Assembly (NCBI GenBank): GCA_046292385.1
Contig: JBKBRF010000003.1
Coordinates: 242,231 to 306,230 of the forward strand
Origin: Armatimonadota bacterium
GTDB lineage: Bacteria; Armatimonadota; SYMT01
Direction: 5' to 3'
DNA length: 64,000 bases
In this document: positions 9,690-19,724 of the stretch, piece after piece
How the letters are laid out: each line of letters opens with the position of its first letter
How positions within the stretch are numbered: position 1 is the first letter of the stretch
The notes under the pieces: generated by a model
The model's database searches: none
The model's input: only the letters and a program-made list of their open reading frames with translations
Told to the model about the DNA's origin: nothing
Program-made: the position numbers and the translations under genes

Positions 9690-11062
9690 TGCTCACCAAC
9701 CTGATGGCGGCGTGGGCGATCCCGGACGTGCGGGCACGGATCCTGTACGTCTTCGGGGCAATCGCCGTGTTTGTGGTCGGGCTCCACATCCCGGTTCCGG
9801 GAGTGGATCTGGACCGCCTGGAGGCGGTGATCCGGGGGCAGGCCCTCCTCGGCTTCCTCGACATCTTCTCCGGCAGCGCGCTTCGACGCTTTACGATCTT
9901 CGCGCTGGGCATCACGCCGTACATCAACGCCTCCATCATCATGCAGCTGCTGGTGGTGGCGGTGCCGCAGTTGGAAGCGATGCAGAAGGAAGGCGAGTCC
10001 GGCCGGAAGCAGATCACCAAAATCACCCGCTACGCCACCGTCGGCCTGGCAATCGTCCAGGCGATCGGTCTGATCGCGATGCTCAGCAACATGGGCGGCG
10101 TGGGCAACCCGATCTTCACCGGCGGACCGCTGGCGATGGCGCAGGTAGTGATCTCGCTGACCGCCGGCACCTGCTTCCTGATGTGGCTCGGAGAGTCGAT
10201 CACCGAGAAGGGGATCGGCCAGGGCGTCAGCCTGCTGATCTTCATCAGCATCATGGCGCGGCTGCCGTGGGACGTGGCGAACACCTATCGCCAGCTCAGC
10301 GGCAGCGGCGCGCTCGGACTGCTGCAGCTTGCGGCGCTCCTGGGGCTGTTCCTCGCCACGGTCGTCGGCATCATCTACGTTACCGGCGGCACCCGGCGGA
10401 TCCCGATCCAGCACGCAAAGCGGCAGGTCGGCAACCGGATGGTGCAGGCCCAGAGCAGCTTCCTCCCGTTCAAGGTGAACACCGCGGGCGTGATGCCGAT
10501 CATCTTCGCGATTTCGCTGATGATGTTTCCTTCGATGATCGCCGGCTGGTTCGTCGACGCGAACAACCCGAACTCGCCGATGACGCGGTTTGCGCAGGGA
10601 GTGCAGTACTGGACTACCCCCGGGCAGAACCACCTGGCGTCGATCGTCTACGGGCTGCTGATCCTGGCGTTCACCTACTTCTATGCGGCGATCCAGATCA
10701 ACATTCCGGAGCTGACCGATAACCTGAAGAAGTACGGCTCGTTCATCCCCGGCATTCGCCCGGGGCGGCCGACCCAGGAGTACCTCGACCGGGTGCTGAC
10801 GCGGATCACGTTTGCGGGCGCCTGCTTCCTGGCGGTGATCGGATTGGTGCAGTATTACATCCCGGCGATCACCGGCGTGTACACGTTCAGCCTGGTTGGC
10901 GGCACCTCATTGCTGATCGCCGTGGGTGTGGCCCTGGACGCGATGCAGAACCTGGAAGCGCACCTGGTGATGCGCAATTATGAAGGGTTCATCCGCCGCG
11001 GCGGCGGCAGCACGTCGGGCCGGCGCCGGAGCGCCGGGGTAGGACCCGCCGGACTGGGATAA
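9689..11062 (+). CDS. secY: Preprotein translocase subunit SecY
   Basis: FALGITPYINASII, WLGESITEKGIG, AGVMPIIFA, IPGIRPG, GGTSLLI. Confidence 0.98.
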   Translation: MLTNLMAAWAIPDVRARILYVFGAIAVFVVGLHIPVPGVDLDRLEAVIRGQALLGFLDIFSGSALRRFTIFALGITPYINASIIMQLLVVAVPQLEAMQKEGESGRKQITKITRYATVGLAIVQAIGLIAMLSNMGGVGNPIFTGGPLAMAQVVISLTAGTCFLMWLGESITEKGIGQGVSLLIFISIMARLPWDVANTYRQLSGSGALGLLQLAALLGLFLATVVGIIYVTGGTRRIPIQHAKRQVGNRMVQAQSSFLPFKVNTAGVMPIIFAISLMMFPSMIAGWFVDANNPNSPMTRFAQGVQYWTTPGQNHLASIVYGLLILAFTYFYAAIQINIPELTDNLKKYGSFIPGIRPGRPTQEYLDRVLTRITFAGACFLAVIGLVQYYIPAITGVYTFSLVGGTSLLIAVGVALDAMQNLEAHLVMRNYEGFIRRGGGSTSGRRRSAGVGPAGLG

Positions 11063-11222
11063 GTCAGCCGTTTCGGCTGGCGAGCGGCCAGCGACTCACG
11101 GAGGGGCGCGGCGCGCGGAGCGTCGCCGCCCCTTCCTTATTGTTTGACGGGAAGCGACCCTTCCCCAGGCTACCTCGACGCCGCGCCGAGACGCGGCCGC
11201 CGAAGATCGAGCGAGGACCTGC

Positions 11223-11879
11223 ATGAGGTTAGTGCTGCTGGGACCGCCCGGAGCGGGCAAGGGAACGCAGGCGCAGTTCCTGACGCAGCGGCTGGGAATT
11301 CCGAAGATCTCCACGGGCGAGATGCTCCGCGACGCAGCGGAGCAGGGCACGATTCTGGGGGTGGAAGCGAAGAAGCTGACCGACCAGGGTCGGCTGGTGC
11401 CGGACGAGGTGGTGCTGGAGATGGTGAGCGAGCGGCTGCAGCAGCCGGACGCCGCCCACGGCTATCTCCTGGACGGATTTCCGCGCACGGTGAACCAGGC
11501 GGAGCGGTTCAAGGAATGGATCCGCTCCCGCGGCGAGGGCCTCGACGCGGTGGTCGACCTGCGGGTGCCGGACGAGGAGATCGTCCGCCGGATCTCGCTG
11601 CGGCGGGTCTGCGCCCACTGCCACGAGTCGTACCACCTGTGCCACCGGGCGCCGAAGCAGCCGGATATCTGCGACGAGTGCGGATCCCCGCTGGTGCTTC
11701 GCGATGACGACCGGCCCGAAGTGGTCCGGGAGCGGCTGCGCGTTTACCATGAGCGCACCGAGCCGCTGCGGGAGTACTACCGGGACGAGGGACTGCTGAT
11801 CGAGCTGGACGGCACGCGGCCCGTGGCGGAGGTCACCGATAGCATCCTGCGCGCGCTGCGGCAGGGCGCCGCCGCCTAG
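11223..11879 (+). CDS. adk: Adenylate kinase (zinc-lid type)
   Basis: GPPGAGKGTQ, LDGFPR, lid CAHC...CDEC. Confidence 0.98.
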   Translation: MRLVLLGPPGAGKGTQAQFLTQRLGIPKISTGEMLRDAAEQGTILGVEAKKLTDQGRLVPDEVVLEMVSERLQQPDAAHGYLLDGFPRTVNQAERFKEWIRSRGEGLDAVVDLRVPDEEIVRRISLRRVCAHCHESYHLCHRAPKQPDICDECGSPLVLRDDDRPEVVRERLRVYHERTEPLREYYRDEGLLIELDGTRPVAEVTDSILRALRQGAAA

Positions 11880-11934
11880 CGGCCCGGCGGACTGGCTTTG
11901 GAAGTAGCTGGGTAGACCAGTAGATGCGGACGGA

Positions 11935-12735
11935 ATGGGAATGGGGAGAATCGTCTACAAGAACGCGAATGAGCTGGAGAAGATGCGGGCCGCGGGCCGC
12001 GTGGTCTCCGCCGTGCTCGCCGCGCTGCGCGATGCGGTAAAGCCGGGTGTCTCGACCAAAGAGCTGGACCAGATCGCCTTCGACATGATCCGCGAGGCCG
12101 GCGGCACGCCCTCGTTCCTCAACTACCGCGTCGGCGGCTACGTGTTTCCCGCCAGCATCTGCGCTTCCATCGACGAGGAAGTGGTGCACGGAATCCCGAG
12201 CAAAGCGCGCGTGCTGCGGGAGGGCCAGCTCCTCAAGGTGGACGTCGGCGTGCGGCTGAACGGCTTTCACGGCGACAGTGCCATCACCATTCCGGTCGGC
12301 AAAGTCTCCGAAGAAGCGGAGCGGCTCATGCGCGTGACGCGGGAGTCGCTCTGGGAAGGGATCCGCGCGATCCGCTATCGGGGTCGGCTGCAGGACGTGT
12401 CCAAGGCGATCCAGGACCACGTGGAGAAGAACGGCTTCTCGGTGGTCAAGCAGATGGTGGGGCACGGAGTCGGAAAGAAGCTCCACGAGGAGCCGCAGAT
12501 CCCGAATTACGTAGCGCACGGCGCTCCCAATCCGCCGCTCTTGGAAGGCATGACGCTCGCCATCGAGCCGATGGTGAACGCCGGCGTCGACGAGATCGAG
12601 ACGCTCTCGGACAACTGGACCGTGGTCACGGCCGACCGGAAGCAGAGCGCTCATTTCGAGCACACCGTGGCGGTGACCCGCTCCGGATACGACGTGCTCA
12701 CCCTCGGTCCGCACGACTGGGGGCCCTCCGCTTAG
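11935..12735 (+). CDS. map: Methionine aminopeptidase type I
   Basis: VVHGIP, GHGVG..LHEEP, AIEPM, SAHFEHT. Confidence 0.97.
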   Translation: MGMGRIVYKNANELEKMRAAGRVVSAVLAALRDAVKPGVSTKELDQIAFDMIREAGGTPSFLNYRVGGYVFPASICASIDEEVVHGIPSKARVLREGQLLKVDVGVRLNGFHGDSAITIPVGKVSEEAERLMRVTRESLWEGIRAIRYRGRLQDVSKAIQDHVEKNGFSVVKQMVGHGVGKKLHEEPQIPNYVAHGAPNPPLLEGMTLAIEPMVNAGVDEIETLSDNWTVVTADRKQSAHFEHTVAVTRSGYDVLTLGPHDWGPSA

Positions 12736-12875
12736 TTGCTGATGCAGGCGGCAGTTTGCCGGATTCCAGGTTCGCGTCTCCGCGCCGCGCGGGCCGCAAT
12801 CTGCAAGCCGGTACCCTGCAGACCTGTCACTCATGAGTGGGCTGCCGCAGAGGCGGCGACGCGGCAAATCCGCGG

Positions 12876-12904
12876 TTGCTTTGCCTCCCTCGTTTTGCTA
12901 TTCT
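12876..12904 (+). promoter_or_regulatory. Putative sigma70 promoter for rpmJ-rpsM-rpsK...
   Basis: TTGCTT-17 nt-TATTCT with a TG extended -10. Confidence 0.65.
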
Positions 12905-12980
12905 AGTCGGGTTGCCAACTTCCCGGTGCGGATTGCGCGGTGCGCGTGAGCGCTTGCGGCGGCCGGAAGGAAGGTGGAAG

Positions 12981-13097
12981 ATGAAGGTTCGACCGTCTGT
13001 GAAGAAGATGTGCGACGACTGCAAGATCATTCGTCGCGAAGGCATTGTGCGGGTGATCTGCAAGAAGAACCCCAAGCACAAGCAGCGCCAGGGATAG
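12981..13097 (+). CDS. rpmJ: 50S ribosomal protein L36
   Basis: [19 protein letters not shown]...C...HKQRQG. Confidence 0.98.
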   Translation: MKVRPSVKKMCDDCKIIRREGIVRVICKKNPKHKQRQG

Positions 13098-13172
13098 TGC
13101 GCGTCGGCGCGCGCGGCCGGTCCCCGTCGGCCCCTGGAGCGCAGCGCCAGCCAGAGTTGAGGAGAAGCGACA

Positions 13173-13550
13173 TTGGCACGTATTGCCGGGGTGGATCTCC
13201 CTCGCGATAAGCGGGTGGAGATTGCGCTCACTTATATCTACGGCGTCGGGCTGACGACGAGCCAGCAGATCCTCGCGAAGACCGGTGTCGATCCCGACAC
13301 CCGGGTCCGCGAGCTGACTGAAGGCGACGTCGGCCGCCTGCGCGAGGTTCTGGAGCGCGAGTTCCGCGTTGAAGGAGACCTCCGCCGCCAGATCGCGATG
13401 AACATCCGGCGTCTTTCGGAGATCGGCTGTTACCGCGGCATCCGCCACCGGCGGAGCCTGCCCGTGCGCGGCCAGCGGACCAAGACCAACGCCCGCATGC
13501 GGAAGGGTCCGCGACGGGCAGTGGCGGCGCGCCGGAAGAAGGGTAAGTAA
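13173..13550 (+). CDS. rpsM: 30S ribosomal protein S13
   Basis: ARIAGVDLP...YIYGVG...[16 protein letters not shown] start. Confidence 0.98.
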   Translation: MARIAGVDLPRDKRVEIALTYIYGVGLTTSQQILAKTGVDPDTRVRELTEGDVGRLREVLEREFRVEGDLRRQIAMNIRRLSEIGCYRGIRHRRSLPVRGQRTKTNARMRKGPRRAVAARRKKGK

Positions 13551-13552
13551 GA

Positions 13553-13951
13553 ATGGCTAAGAAGCAGGCCGGTACTCGGCAGCGAGTTAAAGAGAAGCGG
13601 CAGGTACTGCAGGGCCTCGTGCACGTGCAGTCCACCTTCAACAACACGATCGTCACGATCTCGGACCAGAAGGGCGAGGTGCTCTCCTGGGCTTCTGCCG
13701 GATCCGTAGGCTTCAAGGGCACCAAGAAGGGCACTCCCTTCGCGGCGCAGATGGCTTCGGAGAACGCCGCCCGCCGCGCCGTGAACGAGCACGGGCTGAA
13801 GCGGGTCGACGTCTTCGTGAAGGGCCCTGGCAGCGGTCGTGAGACCGCGGTCCGCGCCCTGGCGACCGCGGGGCTGGAAGTGACGCTGATCAAGGACGTC
13901 ACCCCGATCCCGCACAACGGCTGCCGCGCTCCCAAGCGCCGCCGGGTCTAA
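13553..13951 (+). CDS. rpsK: 30S ribosomal protein S11
   Basis: STFNNT...TPFAAQ...[11 protein letters not shown]. Confidence 0.98.
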   Translation: MAKKQAGTRQRVKEKRQVLQGLVHVQSTFNNTIVTISDQKGEVLSWASAGSVGFKGTKKGTPFAAQMASENAARRAVNEHGLKRVDVFVKGPGSGRETAVRALATAGLEVTLIKDVTPIPHNGCRAPKRRRV

Positions 13952-14161
13952 GATCGATTTCACCGCGGCGCCGCTCCGAGCCTGGAGCGCGGCGGCCGGC
14001 GGGTGAGCTTTACAGGTAGTGAGGCGGTCTCCGTCGCGGTAGCCCGAGCGATCGGGCTTGCACTACCGGGGTGCAATGGGCCTGCGTAAGCGGGTCGACC
14101 ACCCATCGCGGCTGGAGCCCGTCACGAGCTCGGGGCGTATCCCCGAGGAGGTTGTGAGAGT

Positions 14162-14788
14162 ATGGCAGTTTACAGCGGGCCTGTCTGCCGGCTTTGCCGG
14201 CGCGACGGCGTGAAGCTGTTCTTGAAGGGCGAGCGCTGCTACACCAGCAAGTGCGCCATCGAGCGGCGGAAGTACGCTCCGGGCCAGCATGGCCAGCGGA
14301 ACCGCAAGCTCGCGGATTACGGCGTTCAGCTTCGCGAGAAGCAGAAGATGAAGCGGATCTACCGCGTGCTGGAGCGCCAGTTCCGGAGCTACTACAAAGA
14401 AGCGGTGCGCCGGAAGGGCGTCACGGGCGAGATCGTGCTCCAGCTTCTGGAGCTGCGGTTGGACAACGTGGTCTACCGGCTGGGGCTGGGCCTCTCGCGC
14501 CGGCAGGCGCGCCAGATCGTGAACCACGGCCATTTTCTGGTGAACGGGAAGAAGGTCAACATCCCGAGCTACCAGCTCCGGCCGGGCGACACGGTGGCGG
14601 TGGCGGAGGGGAGCCGCCAGGCGGGCGCCATCGTGGAGGCGCTGGCGGCCACGGGCGGCCGGCGCGTGCCGCAGTGGCTGACGCTGGACACCGGGACCAT
14701 GACGGGTCAGGTGACGGCCGTGCCCACCCGCGAACAGATCGACACGCAGGTCAACGAGGCGCTCATCGTGGAGTTCTACTCCCGGTAA
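14162..14788 (+). CDS. rpsD: 30S ribosomal protein S4 (Cys/zinc type)
   Basis: CRLCRR...PGQHG...QLREKQK...RLDNVVYR...VEFYSR. Confidence 0.98.
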   Translation: MAVYSGPVCRLCRRDGVKLFLKGERCYTSKCAIERRKYAPGQHGQRNRKLADYGVQLREKQKMKRIYRVLERQFRSYYKEAVRRKGVTGEIVLQLLELRLDNVVYRLGLGLSRRQARQIVNHGHFLVNGKKVNIPSYQLRPGDTVAVAEGSRQAGAIVEALAATGGRRVPQWLTLDTGTMTGQVTAVPTREQIDTQVNEALIVEFYSR

Positions 14789-14945
14789 GCCGCGATAACT
14801 CGAGCTTTCACCTGCACCGGGCGGCCCGCCCTCCGGAGAGTGGGCCGCCCCTTATACGGTTTGCCAAGCGCGGGTCCCAGCGTCACGTTATGTTGGGGCC
14901 CTCTGCTGCGTCTCTGGCCGATGCGAAAGCGAGGAGCACGGCAGT

Positions 14946-15950
14946 ATGGAACACCAGGGTCCTAGGATCGAGACACTGGAGCACAACGATACGTACGGGA
15001 AGTTCGTGATCGAGCCGCTGGAGCGCGGGTTCGGGGTTACCCTGGCCAATCCGCTGCGCCGCGTGCTGCTGTCGTCCCTCACCGGGGCGGCGATCACATC
15101 CGTTCGCATCGATGGGGTGCTCCACGAATTTGCTACCATCCCCGGCCTGCGGGAAGACACCACCGACCTCCTGCTCAACTTGAAGGAGCTGGCGATCCAG
15201 GTGGAGACCAACGGGCGGGCGGACGAAGAGGTGCGGACGATCCGCATCGACAAGCGCGGTGAAGGCGACGTGACCGGCGCCGACATCGAGTGCCCGTCCG
15301 GCGTGGAGATTGTCAACCCGGAGGTCCGCATCGCCACGATGTCGGACGAGAACGCGTCGCTCTCCATGGAGATGACGGTCGAGCTGGGGCGCGGCTACGT
15401 GCTTCCGGAGCAGCAGGAGCGGCATAAGGGGCAGATCGGGGTGATCCCGATGGGCTCCGCCTTCTCCCCGGTGCGCAAGGTCAACTTCGCGCTGGAGCCG
15501 ACCCGCGTCGGCAGCCGCTCCGACTACGAGCGGCTGATCCTGGAGATCGAGACCAACGGCACGATCGCCCCGGGAGACGCCCTGGCGGAAGCCGCGCAGG
15601 TGCTGGACCGCTACGTGCGGCTCTTCTTCGACGTGGATAGCACCGAGCGCGAAGCGCGCCCGCTGGACGAAGCTCCGGTGGCGGCGCGTCAGCCCGCGGG
15701 GCAGACCGCGCCGGACGTGCGCATCGAGGAGCTCGACTTCTCCGTGCGCACCTACAACTGCCTCAAGAAGGCGAATATTCAGACCGTCGCCGACCTCGTG
15801 CAGACCTCCGAGGACGAGCTGATGAACATCCGGAACTTCGGCCGCAAGTCGCTGGTGGAAGTTCAGGAGAAGCTGGCCCAGTTCGGCTATACGCTGGCGG
15901 GCGGCAGCAGCACGGTGGGCGCCGGACAGTTGGACGAGGACGAGATTTAA
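14946..15950 (+). CDS. rpoA: RNA polymerase subunit alpha
   Basis: EPLERGFG.TL.N.LRR, FSPV, alpha-CTD SVRTYNCL...NFGRKSL. Confidence 0.98.
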   Translation: MEHQGPRIETLEHNDTYGKFVIEPLERGFGVTLANPLRRVLLSSLTGAAITSVRIDGVLHEFATIPGLREDTTDLLLNLKELAIQVETNGRADEEVRTIRIDKRGEGDVTGADIECPSGVEIVNPEVRIATMSDENASLSMEMTVELGRGYVLPEQQERHKGQIGVIPMGSAFSPVRKVNFALEPTRVGSRSDYERLILEIETNGTIAPGDALAEAAQVLDRYVRLFFDVDSTEREARPLDEAPVAARQPAGQTAPDVRIEELDFSVRTYNCLKKANIQTVADLVQTSEDELMNIRNFGRKSLVEVQEKLAQFGYTLAGGSSTVGAGQLDEDEI

Positions 15951-15951
15951 C

Positions 15952-16431
15952 ATGCGTCACCGCGTGCAGGGACGGAAGCTCGGACTGCCGAGCGACCAGC
16001 GAATGGCACTGTTGAAGGGCCTGGTCCGCCAGCTCTTCGCCCATAACTCGATCGTCACCACCGAGACCCGCGCCAAGGAAGTGCGGCGGATCGCGGAGCG
16101 GCTGATCACTCTGGCGAAGGAGGACAACCTCCACAACCGCCGGCTGAGTGAGAAGTACCTGGCGACCCACACCCCCGTGCGGGAGGTGAAGAAGCCGCAG
16201 GGCTACAACAAGCTGCACCCGAACCGCAAGACGCAGGTGACGGAGCGGATCAAGGCCCGCAAGCCGGAGCGCACCTACGAGAGCACCGACGACTACGTGC
16301 GCCGGCTCTTCGTGGAGGTGGCACCGCGGTTTGTGGACACCCCGGGCGGATACACGCGGATGTTCAAGATCGGCTTCCGCCGCGGCGATGCCGCGCCGCT
16401 GGTGAAGCTGGAGCTGGCTACGGAGCAGTAG
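15952..16431 (+). CDS. rplQ: 50S ribosomal protein L17 with internal insertion
   Basis: MRHR..GRKLG...TT..RAKE...GGYTR...RRGDAAP; 159 aa. Confidence 0.96.
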   Translation: MRHRVQGRKLGLPSDQRMALLKGLVRQLFAHNSIVTTETRAKEVRRIAERLITLAKEDNLHNRRLSEKYLATHTPVREVKKPQGYNKLHPNRKTQVTERIKARKPERTYESTDDYVRRLFVEVAPRFVDTPGGYTRMFKIGFRRGDAAPLVKLELATEQ

Positions 16432-16434
16432 CGC

Positions 16435-17238
16435 TTGCGCAGGCTGCGTCTGGTCCTGGAATACGACGGGAGCCGCTTCTGCGGGTTCCAGCGTCAGCCG
16501 GACCGGCGCAGCGTGCAGGAGACGCTGGAGACGGCGCTCTCCGGTCCATGCGGGCACCCGGTGCGGGTGGTCGCGGCGGGGAGGACCGATACCGGGGTCC
16601 ACGCCGTGGGGCAGGTGGTCCACTTCGAGACGAGTGGACGGATCCCCGCCGAGCGGCTGGAGCCGGTAGCGAACTCTCTGCTGAACGGAGAGCTGGTGCT
16701 CCGGCAGGTGGAAGAGACCGATCCGCGGTTCCACGCGCGCTACAGCGCCGCGACGCGGACCTATCGGTACTACGTGACAACCAGGCAGCCGACGCCGTTT
16801 GCGGCGCCGTTCGTGCTTTACGAGCCCCGGCTGCGGGAGCACGCGGCGGAGCGGATGGCCTCCGCGCTGCGGCCGCTGACGGGCCGGCACGACTTCGCCA
16901 CCTTCTGCGGCGGGATGGAGACGCACACCACGGTGCGCACCCTCCACTCCGCGCGAGTGCAGAGGCAGGGGGAGCTGCTCCGGGTGGAGTTGACGGCGGA
17001 CGCGTTTCTTCGTAGCATGGTGCGCCTGATCACCGGTATGCTGCTGGAAGTCGGCCGCGGACGGGCGGAGCCGGAGTCGCTCCTGCAGGCGCTGGAGCGG
17101 AGAGACCGCGCTGCCGCCGGGATGGCGGCGCCGCCGCACGGGCTGTTTTTGAGGCGGGTGGACTACCCGGACGGGTACCCGCCGCAGGTGTCCGCGGAGC
17201 CGGTGGGCTTCGCTGAAGAATGGACCGGCGTGCCCTGA
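16435..17238 (+). CDS. truA: tRNA pseudouridine(38-40) synthase
   Basis: [37 protein letters not shown]. Confidence 0.97.
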   Translation: MRRLRLVLEYDGSRFCGFQRQPDRRSVQETLETALSGPCGHPVRVVAAGRTDTGVHAVGQVVHFETSGRIPAERLEPVANSLLNGELVLRQVEETDPRFHARYSAATRTYRYYVTTRQPTPFAAPFVLYEPRLREHAAERMASALRPLTGRHDFATFCGGMETHTTVRTLHSARVQRQGELLRVELTADAFLRSMVRLITGMLLEVGRGRAEPESLLQALERRDRAAAGMAAPPHGLFLRRVDYPDGYPPQVSAEPVGFAEEWTGVP

Positions 17239-17266
17239 CGGGCGCCGGACAGGGAGATCGAGGTCA

Positions 17267-17692
17267 ATGAAAACGTTCGTGGCGAAGCCGGAGACGGTCC
17301 AGCGCAACTGGCTGGTGATCGACGCCGCCGGGAAGCCGCTTGGCCGCCTGGCGGTAGAGGCCGCGCGCATCCTGCGCGGCAAGCACAAGCCGACCTTCAC
17401 GCCGCACGTGGACACGGGCGATCACGTGATCATCGTGAACGCCGACCAGGTGCTGCTCACCGGCAGCAAGTCGGAAGAGCGGATCTACTGGCACTCGCAG
17501 TATCCGGGCGGCCTCAAGTCGGTCACGAAGGGCGCGATGCGCGAGAACAAGCCGGAGCGGCTGGTGGAGCGCACGGTGAAGGGGATGCTCCCGCACAACA
17601 AGCTGGGCGCCCAGATGTACCGTAAGCTCAAGGTCTATGCCGGGCCGAGCCATCCGCACGAGGCGCAGCAGCCTCAGACGCACGAGTTCTAG
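17267..17692 (+). CDS. rplM: 50S ribosomal protein L13
   Basis: LGRLA...GKHKP.FTPH.D.GD...GMLP...LKVY.G..HPH.AQ. Confidence 0.98.
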   Translation: MKTFVAKPETVQRNWLVIDAAGKPLGRLAVEAARILRGKHKPTFTPHVDTGDHVIIVNADQVLLTGSKSEERIYWHSQYPGGLKSVTKGAMRENKPERLVERTVKGMLPHNKLGAQMYRKLKVYAGPSHPHEAQQPQTHEF

Positions 17693-17711
17693 GATCGGGA
17701 GGAGTAGATAG

Positions 17712-18110
17712 GTGGAAGAGACCCTCAGGTATTACGCCACCGGTCACCGGAAGAACGCCACCGCCAAGGTGTGGCTGATCCCGGGTGGCACGGGCACCAT
17801 CACCGTTAACGGTCGCGAGCTGCCGGCCTACGTGCAGCGCCGCACCCTGGAGCAGATCGTGCAGCAGCCGTTCTGGCTCACCGAGACCGAAGGCCAGTTC
17901 GACGTGAAGGCCAAGGTGCTCGGCGGCGGGATCTCCGGCCAGGCCGGTGCCCTGCGGCACGGCATCTCCAAGGCGCTGATCATCGCCAATCCGGAGCTTC
18001 GCCCGCCGCTGCGACGCGGCGGCTTCCTCACCCGCGATCCGCGCGTGAAGGAGCGGAAGAAGTACGGACGCAAGCGCGCCCGGCGCGGCTTCCAGTTCAG
18101 CAAGCGCTAA
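17712..18110 (+). CDS. rpsI: 30S ribosomal protein S9
   Basis: GGG.SGQAGA...LTRDPR.KERKK...FSKR. Confidence 0.98.
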   Translation: MEETLRYYATGHRKNATAKVWLIPGGTGTITVNGRELPAYVQRRTLEQIVQQPFWLTETEGQFDVKAKVLGGGISGQAGALRHGISKALIIANPELRPPLRRGGFLTRDPRVKERKKYGRKRARRGFQFSKR

Positions 18111-18382
18111 GATCGGCTTCGTCCCGAAGACGGCGTTTCTCGCTCCGTACTCTGGTGCAGCTCATGTGCCGGGGTGCGGAGCGTTCGCGCGTCGGCTGCC
18201 CGGCGTGCCGCTCGCCGGGCCGATGGAACGCCGGCCGCTTCCCAGGCGTCCTTTAGACCGGCACCCGCGCAGAGCTTCCCCGTCCGGCGAGGGTCCGCTC
18301 ACTTTGCCGCCGGGCAGGAGTCGGGCTCCTTCCTCCCGAACGGGGGCGGGAGCCTTCGCTTTTCATCCCCGGAGTAGGCCCC

Positions 18383-19381
18383 GTGTCGACGCGTCTCGTC
18401 AGTCTCGCATGCCTCGCTACCGCCGCGCTTTCCGTCGCGGCCGGGGCGGACCTCCGCGTCAAGCTGGCGCCCGCTAAGCCGCCGGAGCCGAGCCCGGCTC
18501 CCGCCGCGGCCGCGAAGAAGACGACGAAGCCGGCCGCCAGGAAGCACGTCGTTCCGGAGGCGCTGCGGACCCCCACCGCCTCGCGAGGCGTGCTCTCGTC
18601 TCGCTCCATGCCGCAGGTCGTCGGCGTCCGCCGGCGCGGCGGGCCGCCGGTGCTCCCGAACCCGGACGCCCCCGCCCCCGCGCCGCAGCCACAGCCGCGC
18701 CCAGCCAAGGCCGCGCCGGTGGAGGTGAACGCGCGCCTTGGCCGGATGCGCGGCCCGGTGACGGTCCACCGGATGCCGGATGCCGGCTCGGAGCGCGTGG
18801 GGCAGGTCGACACCGGCCAGAGCGTGGCGATCGTGAGCCAGTGGGAAGGCTGGTACGCGGTCATCATGGGCGACGGCAGCCAGGCCTACGTGCCGCAAAC
18901 GCACGTGGAGCTGCTGCCGTTCCAGGTGCGGAGCGTGGTCCCGACGGGGGCGGAGAAGCAGCAAGCCGCGGCGCCGACCCTGCAGCACGTGGGGCCGGAG
19001 ACCGCCGGCTGGAACCGCGCGCTGGCGGAGACCGTCATCTCGGAGGCGCGGGGCTACGAGGGAGTCCGCTACGTCTGGGGCGGGAACGACTCGCGCGGTC
19101 TCGACTGCAGCGGCCTGGTGAAGAACTGCTTCGCCGCCGCCGGGATCGGCCTGCCGCGGACCGCCAGCCAGCAGGCGAACGTCGGCTACGACGTGCCGTT
19201 CGACCAGCTCCTGCCGGGCGATCGCCTCTACTTCTCCGTCAAGCGGCAGTTCGACCACACCGGGATCTACATCGGCGAGGGATACTTCATCCACGCCTCC
19301 TCGTCCCGGAAGAAGGTCACCATCGACCACCTCTCCACGCCGCTCTACTACCGCAGCCTGGAAGCGGCGCGCCGGATCTAG
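18383..19381 (+). CDS. Exported NlpC/P60 (C40) peptidase with SH3b-like domain
   Basis: Signal peptide, Pro/Ala-rich linker, SH3-like segment (WYAV...AYVP), and catalytic YVWGG..GLDCSG...LPRTA..Q...HTGIY...FIHAS. Confidence 0.9.
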   Translation: MSTRLVSLACLATAALSVAAGADLRVKLAPAKPPEPSPAPAAAAKKTTKPAARKHVVPEALRTPTASRGVLSSRSMPQVVGVRRRGGPPVLPNPDAPAPAPQPQPRPAKAAPVEVNARLGRMRGPVTVHRMPDAGSERVGQVDTGQSVAIVSQWEGWYAVIMGDGSQAYVPQTHVELLPFQVRSVVPTGAEKQQAAAPTLQHVGPETAGWNRALAETVISEARGYEGVRYVWGGNDSRGLDCSGLVKNCFAAAGIGLPRTASQQANVGYDVPFDQLLPGDRLYFSVKRQFDHTGIYIGEGYFIHASSSRKKVTIDHLSTPLYYRSLEAARRI

Positions 19382-19712
19382 CGTATTCCGTATCGCGTAT
19401 TGCGTAGCGGCGGGCTTTCCGGGGTTTGCGCTGCCGTCCTGCCGGGCGGGACGCATGCAAGCCGTCTCTCCCCGCAGAGGTGACCGTTAACCGGACGAGC
19501 TTTTCACCAGGCGCTGCGCCGCAAGTCGATCCGAGCTTGTCGCCACCTTCGCTAACCGAATACTATTGAGACAGAGCGGCTCCGGTAATTCACCGGGGCC
19601 GTACGCTTTGGTAGTGGCCAGCAGGGGCCTCCGCCCGGCACGACGTGCTGTGAAGTGGAGAGAGCAGCCCGCTACGCAATACGAGCTACGCAATACGCAG
19701 ATACGCAATACG
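19382..19712. repeat. Inverted pair of heptamer tandem tracts (CGTATTG)n / (CAATACG)n
   Basis: 19382-19409 and 19670-19712; 19396-19410 is the exact reverse complement of 19669-19683. Confidence 0.85.
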
Positions 19713-19724
19713 AAAGGACCTGGC

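Noticed and set aside
19566..19724. 53-aa N-terminal extension of the argC ORF
   Set aside because: It runs through the leader and heptamer repeats. The GTG at 19725 with an AAAGGA RBS gives a normal ArgC.
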